A stretch of DNA of 48,290 nucleotides from Oceanospirillales bacterium LUC14_002_19_P2 (GTDB lineage: Bacteria; Pseudomonadota; Gammaproteobacteria; Pseudomonadales; Endozoicomonadaceae), in assembly GCA_002084115.1 (NCBI GenBank), contig MUIA01000174.1, positions 1 through 48,290 on the forward strand, read 5' to 3'. The notes under the pieces are model-generated. The model ran no database searches. It had not been told where the DNA came from and saw nothing but the letters and a program-made list of their open reading frames with translations. Positions within the stretch are counted from its first letter, which is position 1; each line of letters opens with the position of its first letter. Made by a program: the position numbers and the translations under genes. This document shows positions 1-7,680 of the stretch, in pieces.

Positions 1-120
1 TTGGAAACCCTCTCCCTGAAACTGAAGGTCAATCATTTTCAGCTCAGGGCGAAGATTTACATGACCGCTCTGCGGGCATCATTCGAGCAGCTAAGGTTAT
101 TCGTTACTGCGTAACTTGAG
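1..120 (+). mobile_element. 3' end of an insertion sequence: transposase C-terminus (probably IS701-family DDE) and right terminus
   Basis: Frame +1 is open from base 1 and reads LETLSLKLKVNHFQLRAKIYMTALRASFEQLRLFVTA* (TAA 112-114). This resembles the 'K.K.NHF.L..K.Y..AL..F..L' tail of IS701-like transposases. The stop overlaps GCGTAACTTGAG (109-120), similar to termini I recall for such elements. The left end is outside the window. Confidence 0.6.
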
Positions 121-128
121 AGACTAAG

Positions 129-1286
129 ATGCCCACCCGGTCAACGGTTGACCTGACACCACTGACCGCTGTCGATCGTGACGTATGTGCCACACTTCAG
201 ACGCAACTGCTTCAGGGCAGCGACAAAAATGCTCGCCTTATGCAACAGGCCGACAATGCCTTCTGCTGCGTCTGTCTTGACAGGGATCAGGCTACCGATC
301 CCAAGGATGCCAATCCCGACCCTTCTGCCCACCAATTCTTGGCCGGTAATGGCAACGATCGCTGGTTTGACAAAACAGTGCAACTTATCATGCAAACCGA
401 TGGCAAAATCGGCGCCGTCCTTGAACACACACCGGCCGATGCCAATGCTCATATCCCTCTTTTCAATCACAACAACGAAAACCTAAGCACTAAAGCACCA
501 AACGACGGCGATCTGGAACCCACCCCGCAGAAGCTGGACTGGGATATCAATCCGTCACTCAAGACAGTGATTGAGGCACAGCGTTCAGGCTTTAAAGAAA
601 CCATCAAAAAGACGCATCTTAAGGAAATAAACATCCCTGACATTGGACGCAGCGCTCTGAAAGACCATTACAAAATCAGTCCGGATGCTTTCTACCAGGT
701 AGCCATTCAGGTAGCAGCCTGGCGTGTCTGGAAATCCATGGTGCCAACCTATGAAGCGGTCGCTATGCGTCACCGTCACCTTGGTCGTACCGAATGCCTG
801 CGAAGCTGGTCACCCGAAGCGATAGTTCTGGCTGATGGATTAAACGATCCGCAAGCCACCCAGGAACAAAAACAAACGCTGCTGAGAAAGGCCGCTGAAA
901 AACACAGCCAAAAAATAGCAGCCTGCAAGTCATGTAAGGGGATTGTCCGACACCTGTTCGCACTGCGGAAAATCTGGGAAAAATTTGGCCAGGAACTCGG
1001 TATTTCTGAAAAGCCCAGACTGTTTGAAAATCCCTTGTTCAAGGCGTTGATCACTACCAATACCCTGTCAACGTCCTGCGTGGTATCTCCGTCTATCCAG
1101 CGCTTACTGTTTGGTCCCGTCGAAAACGATGGACTCGGAATTGCCTACAACCCTGACAATGATGCGTTCCGCTCTACGATCAGTTATAACGAGGATAACA
1201 AGGCGAGAGCGGCGGAATTCGAGCAGACTCTCACGGAAGTTTTTGCTGAGCTAAAAGCACTGAAACCTATTCCCAGAAGTGCTTAG
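129..1286 (+). CDS. Choline/carnitine O-acyltransferase family protein, apparently N-terminally truncated by the upstream IS (possible pseudogene remnant)
   Basis: Family motifs: DRWFDK, EHTPADA (catalytic His100), SPDAFYQVAIQVA, TYEAVAMRH..GRTE, LSTS, FGPV.NDGLGIAY. Only 385 aa versus about 600 typical, and it starts mid-domain. The upstream in-frame stop (TGA 117-119) lies within the IS end. Confidence 0.9.
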   Translation: MPTRSTVDLTPLTAVDRDVCATLQTQLLQGSDKNARLMQQADNAFCCVCLDRDQATDPKDANPDPSAHQFLAGNGNDRWFDKTVQLIMQTDGKIGAVLEHTPADANAHIPLFNHNNENLSTKAPNDGDLEPTPQKLDWDINPSLKTVIEAQRSGFKETIKKTHLKEINIPDIGRSALKDHYKISPDAFYQVAIQVAAWRVWKSMVPTYEAVAMRHRHLGRTECLRSWSPEAIVLADGLNDPQATQEQKQTLLRKAAEKHSQKIAACKSCKGIVRHLFALRKIWEKFGQELGISEKPRLFENPLFKALITTNTLSTSCVVSPSIQRLLFGPVENDGLGIAYNPDNDAFRSTISYNEDNKARAAEFEQTLTEVFAELKALKPIPRSA

Positions 1287-1519
1287 CAATAGCCTGCTCA
1301 CTTGTCCAACAGGCAAGCCTACCGACCACTGGCGTTTTTCATTCAAAACCTTATAATTTCGCGGCTGGAAAATCACCTGCCTGTAGACAGTTCAACTCTG
1401 GCAGGGTAAACCGCAACCCCCATAAGCATATAACCAAATATGCTTGACCAGATAACCAACCGCTATTGTATGGAATAACGCCCTGCCGGATAATAGACCG
1501 CCTCAGGCGCGGGTCGCCA

Positions 1520-1636
1520 TATAATAAAGTGCACTGTTACCAGGAGCCGCGTCGTCAGTTCCTGCGACGTCAAGGTAAACAGTGCTTGTCGCAGCCCGGT
1601 GAGATACCGGCTGCCTTGCAGCTATCGGTGAGAGTC
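1520..1636 (+). promoter_or_regulatory. Putative -10 box (TATAAT) followed by a structured 5' leader of the rnf operon
   Basis: TATAAT at 1520-1525. Stems: 1531-1541/1574-1585, 1549-1558/1562-1570 and 1591-1600/1606-1614. No well-spaced -35 was found. Confidence 0.45.
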
Positions 1637-2233
1637 ATGACCGAAACCCTGACCCAGCTGGCGCTTATTTTGTTGAGCGCAATACTGGTCAACAACTTTG
1701 TCCTTGTGCAGTTTCTCGGGCTGTGTCCGTTTATGGGGGTTTCCAACAAGCTGGAAACAGCCATGGGTATGTCCATGGCGACCACCTTTGTGCTTACCCT
1801 GGCGTCTATCTGCAGCTACATCACCTACGAATACATCCTGATTCCACTGGGACTGGAGTTCCTGAAGCCCCTGTCGTTCATTCTGGTCATTGCCGTCGTC
1901 GTGCAATTTACCGAGATGGTGGTACGAAAGGTCAGTCCACTCCTCTACCGTGTGCTGGGTGTGTTCCTGCCGCTTATCACCAGTAACTGCGCCGTGCTCG
2001 GTGTCGCCCTGTTGAACAGCAACCGTATGCACAGCAGTTTTGTGGATTCGGCCACCTACGGTTTCGGTGCAGCCATCGGTTTCTCACTGGTACTGGTTTT
2101 GTTTGCTGCCATGCGTGAACGGATCGCCGTGGCTGACGTACCGGTTCCCTTCCGCGGCGCAGCCATCGGTATGATTACCGCCGGCCTGATGTCCCTGGCC
2201 TTCATGGGCTTTACCGGCCTGATCAAGCTGTAA
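1637..2233 (+). CDS. rnfA: Rnf/Rsx electron transport complex subunit A
   Basis: [42 protein letters not shown]. Start moved to ATG 1637 (MTETLTQ...) to match RnfA length. Confidence 0.96.
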   Translation: MTETLTQLALILLSAILVNNFVLVQFLGLCPFMGVSNKLETAMGMSMATTFVLTLASICSYITYEYILIPLGLEFLKPLSFILVIAVVVQFTEMVVRKVSPLLYRVLGVFLPLITSNCAVLGVALLNSNRMHSSFVDSATYGFGAAIGFSLVLVLFAAMRERIAVADVPVPFRGAAIGMITAGLMSLAFMGFTGLIKL

Positions 2234-2240
2234 GGGGGCG

Positions 2241-2843
2241 TTGTTGGACATCATCATTACCGCGATTCTCGCCCTGCTGGTTCTGACCCTGGTTTTTGGT
2301 GCCCTGTTAGGATTTGCGTCAGAAAAATTCAAGGTGGAAGGCGACCCGATCGTCGACCAGATCAACGAACTGCTACCGCAAACCCAGTGTGGTCAGTGTG
2401 GTCATCCCGGCTGCCGCCCCTATGCAGAGGCCATTGCCAACGGCGAGGCAATTAATCATTGCCCGCCGGGTGGTCAAAGCACCATTAACGCACTGGCTGA
2501 CTTGCTGGATGTTGAGGCTACTCCGCTGGATGGCGAACACGGCATCGAAAAACCACCCATGGTCGCCTATATCCGGGAAGACGAATGCATAGGTTGCACC
2601 AAGTGCATCCAGGCCTGCCCCGTGGACGCAATTCTTGGCGCTGCGAAGCAAATGCACACGGTTATCGTCAATGAGTGCACCGGGTGTGACCTCTGTGTCG
2701 AGCCCTGCCCCGTAGACTGTATCGATATGGTACCGCTTGAAGTGACAACAAAAAGCTGGGCATGGAGCCTGCCCGTTCCACCGGAACAACTGATCGCCAC
2801 TGACCGCCGGCCCGCGTCCGGACCGGGGGATCAGGCTGCATGA
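2241..2843 (+). CDS. rnfB: Rnf complex subunit B (Fe-S)
   Basis: [14 protein letters not shown] plus two ferredoxin motifs ([24 protein letters not shown]). TTG start. Confidence 0.96.
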   Translation: MLDIIITAILALLVLTLVFGALLGFASEKFKVEGDPIVDQINELLPQTQCGQCGHPGCRPYAEAIANGEAINHCPPGGQSTINALADLLDVEATPLDGEHGIEKPPMVAYIREDECIGCTKCIQACPVDAILGAAKQMHTVIVNECTGCDLCVEPCPVDCIDMVPLEVTTKSWAWSLPVPPEQLIATDRRPASGPGDQAA

Positions 2844-5179
2844 GTAATCTGATCACTATTCACGAATTCCCGGGTGGCGTTCACCCACCGGAAAACAAGC
2901 AGCAATCAACCCGGACAGCCATCGCTACACCACCGCTGTCTGCAGAGTATGTGCTGCCCTTGAACCAGCACTCCGGCTCACCGGCCCAGGCGCTGGTCAA
3001 GGTCGGTGACAGTGTCTTGAAAGGGCAGTTGCTGGCCCGTGCCAGCGGTTTTGTCAGCGCACCGGTACATGCACCGACGTCTGGCACCATCACAGCAATT
3101 GAATCCCGTAAAGTTCCCCATCCCTCCGGGCTGACCGAAACCTGTATCGTGCTGGCCAGTGATGGTGAGGACCGCTGGTGCGAACTCTTTCCGGAACCGG
3201 ACTATACGACGATTGATCATCAGGCGCTGATTCGACGCATCTACGATGCCGGTATTGTCGGGTTGGGTGGCGCCGGCTTCCCTGCCGCCGTCAAAATGGC
3301 GTCCCGGAATGAAGACAAGATTCATACCCTGGTCGTCAACGGCGCCGAGTGTGAACCCTATATCACCGCGGATGACATGCTGATGCGTGAACATGCCGAT
3401 CGCATTGTCAGCGGTATTGATATCCTCTGTCACCTGCTGCATCCGGAGCAGGTTCTCATTGGTATTGAGGATAATAAACCTGAGGCAGCCAAAACGATGG
3501 AGCGTGCCTGCCATGATCGCGCTTACCAGGTGGTTACCGTACCGACCAAATACCCGTCCGGCGACGCACAACGCCTGATTTACCTGCTGACAGGGCGGGA
3601 AGTGCCCAGCGATGCGCGCTCGGTCGATATCGGCATACTCTGCTACAACACCGGAACGATCGCTGCGATCCATGATGCCATCATCCTGGGCAGACCATTG
3701 ATCTCGCGCATCACCACCCTGACAGGAGATGCACTGGCGCAACCACAAAACGTTGAAGCACGCATCGGCACCCCGGCGAAGGATCTATTAGCCTTTGCCG
3801 GTCTCAAGCAGAACGAGATGAACAACCTGATCCTGGGTGGTCCCATGATGGGATTCACCCTGGACAGTACCGATATCCCGGTCATCAAAACCACCAACTG
3901 CCTGATGGCCGGTACAGCCGAGGAGTTCCCAACAGCGCCCCCTGCTCGCGCGTGCATTCGCTGTGGTGACTGTGCCGTCGCCTGCCCGGTTTCCCTGTTG
4001 CCACAACAACTCTACTGGCATGCCAAAGCTGCCAACAACGACCAGCTGCAACACCATAATCTGTTTGACTGCATAGAGTGTGGCGCCTGTTCCTATGTCT
4101 GCCCCAGCACAATTCCGCTGGTGCAGTATTTCCGTGCCGGCAAGGACCAGATCCGGTTACAACAGGCAAAACACGAAAAGGCCGAACAATCCAAGCGCCG
4201 CTTTGAGAACCGTCAGCAACGGCTGGAACGTATAGCGGCAGAAAAAGAAGCGAAACGTAAAGCCAACGCTGAGCGCGCCGCCCAGCTCAAGGCAGCACGG
4301 GAAGCCGAGAAATCAGCTCCGGCCAAACCGTCTGAAACCACAATTGATGCGGGTAAACAGGATGCTATCCAAGCCGCGATTGAACGGGCAAAAGCGCGCA
4401 AGCAGGCGGCTGCCGGACAACCCGCGAGCGAGCCTGTACGCAAGGCGCGTCCAACACTGAACCCCAAGCAGAAAGAGCTGAAGATACAGCTCTCGATGAT
4501 CAATGCTCAACTGAAGAAAACTGAGCGAACCCTCGCTCAGCTGGAAGACAGCGAGCCGGAAACAACCGCTAAACTTCGTGCAGATATTGATCGCCTGCGT
4601 GAACAACAGGCACAACTGCAGCAGGATTTTGATCGTGCGGGTGACACCAACGAATCGGCAATCACATCAGACGCACAACCACCTGCAGAGAAAGCGTCCA
4701 AACCGCCCCTTAGTGACGACCAGAAGAAGCTGAAAATTGAACTGGCTATGGCCCGCGCCGAACTCCGCAAGGCCGAGCGCTCCCTGGCGGAAGCACTGGA
4801 AATTGACAATGATCAGACCGAGGCGCTCAAGCTGAAAGTCGAACACTGTCGCCAGATACTGGCAGAACGTGAACAAGCACTGGCTCAACCTGCTACCAGC
4901 GAGACTACAGCTCCTGCTGATGAGAAGCCTGCCAAGCCAAAACGCGCCCCGTTAAGTGATGCCGCCAAGAAGCATAAAATCGAGAGCGCCATGGCCTGGG
5001 CCAAGGTCAAGAAAGCCCGGCGTGCGCTGGAGAATGCTTCCGATGATGATAGAGCAGCCCTGGAACAGGCACTGAAGACAGCAGTATCCGAGGCACAACA
5101 GGCGGATGCAGCACTGTCAGCCTGCCTTGAGCAGGAAGCCGCGCAAAAGGCATCCACGAACGAGCTGCCGAAGGAATAA
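2840..5179 (+). CDS. rnfC: Rnf complex subunit C with long repeated C-terminal coiled-coil extension
   Basis: [50 protein letters not shown]. Confidence 0.96.
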   Translation: MSNLITIHEFPGGVHPPENKQQSTRTAIATPPLSAEYVLPLNQHSGSPAQALVKVGDSVLKGQLLARASGFVSAPVHAPTSGTITAIESRKVPHPSGLTETCIVLASDGEDRWCELFPEPDYTTIDHQALIRRIYDAGIVGLGGAGFPAAVKMASRNEDKIHTLVVNGAECEPYITADDMLMREHADRIVSGIDILCHLLHPEQVLIGIEDNKPEAAKTMERACHDRAYQVVTVPTKYPSGDAQRLIYLLTGREVPSDARSVDIGILCYNTGTIAAIHDAIILGRPLISRITTLTGDALAQPQNVEARIGTPAKDLLAFAGLKQNEMNNLILGGPMMGFTLDSTDIPVIKTTNCLMAGTAEEFPTAPPARACIRCGDCAVACPVSLLPQQLYWHAKAANNDQLQHHNLFDCIECGACSYVCPSTIPLVQYFRAGKDQIRLQQAKHEKAEQSKRRFENRQQRLERIAAEKEAKRKANAERAAQLKAAREAEKSAPAKPSETTIDAGKQDAIQAAIERAKARKQAAAGQPASEPVRKARPTLNPKQKELKIQLSMINAQLKKTERTLAQLEDSEPETTAKLRADIDRLREQQAQLQQDFDRAGDTNESAITSDAQPPAEKASKPPLSDDQKKLKIELAMARAELRKAERSLAEALEIDNDQTEALKLKVEHCRQILAEREQALAQPATSETTAPADEKPAKPKRAPLSDAAKKHKIESAMAWAKVKKARRALENASDDDRAALEQALKTAVSEAQQADAALSACLEQEAAQKASTNELPKE
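4451..5035 (+). repeat. Three ~80-aa-period helical repeats in the RnfC tail
   Basis: [28 protein letters not shown] (4451), [28 protein letters not shown] (4703), [28 protein letters not shown] (4946). Confidence 0.8.
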
Positions 5180-5181
5180 TT

Positions 5182-6243
5182 ATGGCGCTGATACGACAAA
5201 CGTCACCCCATACCCTCGGCGCCAACCAGACGCCCAGGGTCATGCAATGGGTACTGGCTGCAAGCCTGCCCGGCCTGTTTGCCCTGACCTTTTTCTTTGG
5301 CTGGGGCACATTGATCAATGTTGTCTGGTGTTCTCTGGTTGCCTTGGCGACAGAAGCGGCAATACTCGCCCTTCGCAAACGTCCACTGTCGTTCTACTTG
5401 AAAGACGGCTCTGCCCTGGTAACAGCCCTGCTGCTGGGACTGGCCCTGCCCCCCTTCTCCCCCTGGTGGCTTACCCTGACCGGAACGGTGTTTGCTATCG
5501 CGATCGGCAAGCAACTCTATGGCGGCATGGGGTATAACCCGTTCAATCCCGCCATGCTGGGCTATGTACTGCTGCTGATTTCCTTTCCTCAGGAGATGAC
5601 GAGCTGGGCACCGCCGGTGGGCATTGAGGGCCACCCTGCTATAACCGGTTTAGGCGAAGCATTCCGCGCGATTTTCACACCTGGCAACAGTCGCCTGGCG
5701 GTTGATGGCTGGACGCTGGCCACGGCCCTGGACATCGTCCGGGAAAACCGCTCATTGACGATGCCGGAACTGTGGGAAAGCACACCACAACTGACAGGCA
5801 TGAGCAGCATCGGCTGGTTTTGGGTTAATCTGGCCTTCCTGATCGGCGGTCTGGTGCTGCTATACCGGAAAGTCATCACCTGGCATGCACCGCTCGGCAT
5901 GCTGGTCGGCCTATTCGTCATGTCCCTGGTGTTCTGGGGTGGTTCCGGCTCCGAGTCTAACGGTTCCCCCTGGTTTCACCTCTTTTCCGGGGCCTCCATG
6001 CTGGGCGCCTTTTTTATCATTACCGACCCTGTCAGCGGCGCGACCTCCGCCAGGGGACGTTTTATTTTCGGCTTAGGCGTTGGATTGATCACGTACATCA
6101 TCCGTGCCTGGGGCGGCTACCCTGACGGTGTCGCTTTTGCCACGCTGTTGATGAACATGGCAGCACCCACCATTGACTACTACACCCAGCCCCGTACCTA
6201 CGGACATAAAAAACCGAAACGGGGACTGGCAAAGTCTGAATAA
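5182..6243 (+). CDS. rnfD: Rnf complex subunit D
   Basis: SPH N-terminus, KQLYGGMGYNPFNPAM, DG.T.AT FMN-attachment motif, AFFIITDPVS, GGYPDGVAFA. Confidence 0.96.
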   Translation: MALIRQTSPHTLGANQTPRVMQWVLAASLPGLFALTFFFGWGTLINVVWCSLVALATEAAILALRKRPLSFYLKDGSALVTALLLGLALPPFSPWWLTLTGTVFAIAIGKQLYGGMGYNPFNPAMLGYVLLLISFPQEMTSWAPPVGIEGHPAITGLGEAFRAIFTPGNSRLAVDGWTLATALDIVRENRSLTMPELWESTPQLTGMSSIGWFWVNLAFLIGGLVLLYRKVITWHAPLGMLVGLFVMSLVFWGGSGSESNGSPWFHLFSGASMLGAFFIITDPVSGATSARGRFIFGLGVGLITYIIRAWGGYPDGVAFATLLMNMAAPTIDYYTQPRTYGHKKPKRGLAKSE

Positions 6244-6245
6244 CC

Positions 6246-6908
6246 ATGACGGCACTCTTTCGAACCATCAGTAAAAACAGTCTGACCCTTGGGCTATTTG
6301 CGGTATTGACCACGGGCCTCGTGGCCTTGACCTGGTACACGACACGTGACCAGATTGCCAGCCAAGTGCGCGCCAGCGAAGAAAAGGCGCTGCACGAGGT
6401 ACTTCCACCGAATGCATTTGACAACAGTCTGCTGGATACCCGCGTAAAACTGCCGGAACCTGAGCGCCTTGGCCCTTATGTTCAGCACCCTGAAGCCTAC
6501 GTCGCGTTCCTGAAGGACAAACCAACGGCTATCATCCTGCCAGTGGTCGCACCGGACGGTTACAGTGGCCGCATTTCCCTGCTGGTCGGTATTTACGCCG
6601 ACGGACGGATATCTGGCGTTCGGGTCATTACCCACAAGGAAACCCCTGGACTGGGCGACAGCATTGACACCCGCATCTCCGACTGGATTCTGGGCTTTAA
6701 TGGCAAGTCCATAAATAATCCTGCCGGAGAAGGCTGGGCCGTGCGCAAGGATGGCGGCGAGTTTGACCAGTTTACCGGTGCAACCATCACCCCTCGCGCG
6801 GTCGTTGCCGCGGTACGCAGCAGTCTGGACTATTTTGTGCAATACCATAGCGCCCTGTTCACCAACGGGCTTCAACGCCTTAAGGAGTCACCCCATGGCC
6901 AGCACTGA
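6246..6908 (+). CDS. rnfG: Rnf complex subunit G
   Basis: [30 protein letters not shown] (FMN-binding Thr). Confidence 0.96.
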   Translation: MTALFRTISKNSLTLGLFAVLTTGLVALTWYTTRDQIASQVRASEEKALHEVLPPNAFDNSLLDTRVKLPEPERLGPYVQHPEAYVAFLKDKPTAIILPVVAPDGYSGRISLLVGIYADGRISGVRVITHKETPGLGDSIDTRISDWILGFNGKSINNPAGEGWAVRKDGGEFDQFTGATITPRAVVAAVRSSLDYFVQYHSALFTNGLQRLKESPHGQH

Positions 6909-7608
6909 TCCACGCCATATCGCTCTGGAAGGCCTGTGGAAAAACAACCCGGCACTGGTGCAGCTGCTGGGCCTGTGCCCGCTGCTCGGCGTTTCCAACA
7001 GTGTGGTGAATGCACTGGGGCTTGGTATCGCGACCATTGCAGTTCTGACCTTTTCCAACATCGCGGTCTCCCTGTTCAGACGACAGATGACAGAAGCGAT
7101 CCGTCTACCGGTTTTCGTAATGGTCATCGCCTCACTGACCACCTGCGTTGAACTCCTGATGCAGGCCTACACCTATGAGCTGTACACGATTCTGGGGATT
7201 TTTATCCCGCTGATTGTGACGAACTGCATTATTCTTGGCCGTGCCGATGCCTATGCGTCAAAACATGCTATCGCACCGGCAGCACTCGACGGTTTCATGA
7301 TGGGTACCGGGTTTACCCTGGTGCTGGTCTTGCTAGGTGGTTTAAGGGAGTTCGTAGGACAGGGCACACTCTTTGCCAATATGCACCTGCTGTTTGGACC
7401 GGTTGCTGAAAACTGGCAAATAACCGTGATATCCGATTACAAGAAATTTCTGTTTGCGATCCTGCCACCCGGTGCATTCGTTTTCATGGGTTTTCTGATT
7501 GCACTGAAAAATGTACTTGATGCAAAGGTGCAAGCTCACCAAACAAGTAAACAGCGGCAACCTGTGACAGGGAGCAAAAGAGTGCGGGTTACAGGTACGA
7601 TCCAGTAA
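6895..7608 (+). CDS. rnfE: Rnf complex subunit E
   Basis: [34 protein letters not shown]. Start at ATG 6895 after an AAGGAG RBS. Confidence 0.96.
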   Translation: MASTDPRHIALEGLWKNNPALVQLLGLCPLLGVSNSVVNALGLGIATIAVLTFSNIAVSLFRRQMTEAIRLPVFVMVIASLTTCVELLMQAYTYELYTILGIFIPLIVTNCIILGRADAYASKHAIAPAALDGFMMGTGFTLVLVLLGGLREFVGQGTLFANMHLLFGPVAENWQITVISDYKKFLFAILPPGAFVFMGFLIALKNVLDAKVQAHQTSKQRQPVTGSKRVRVTGTIQ

Positions 7609-7639
7609 ACTGCGTGAGTAACGATCTGATCAGCGCGCA

Positions 7640-7680
7640 TGACTGATCGCTTGACAAGTAAGCGATCAGTCAGCTTTTTT
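7640..7680 (+). terminator. Intrinsic terminator after rnfE, between convergent genes
   Basis: 13-bp perfect stem TGACTGATCGCTT (7640-7652) / AAGCGATCAGTCA (7660-7672), followed by a T-tract. Confidence 0.85.

Noticed and set aside
1396..1425. CAGGGTAAACC resembling the start of a c-di-GMP-I riboswitch
   Set aside because: The following tetraloop hairpin and second stem of the consensus are absent.
1466..1636. 57-aa N-terminal extension of RnfA in the ORF track
   Set aside because: Not RnfA-like and overlaps the putative -10 box and leader; ATG 1637 gives the normal length.
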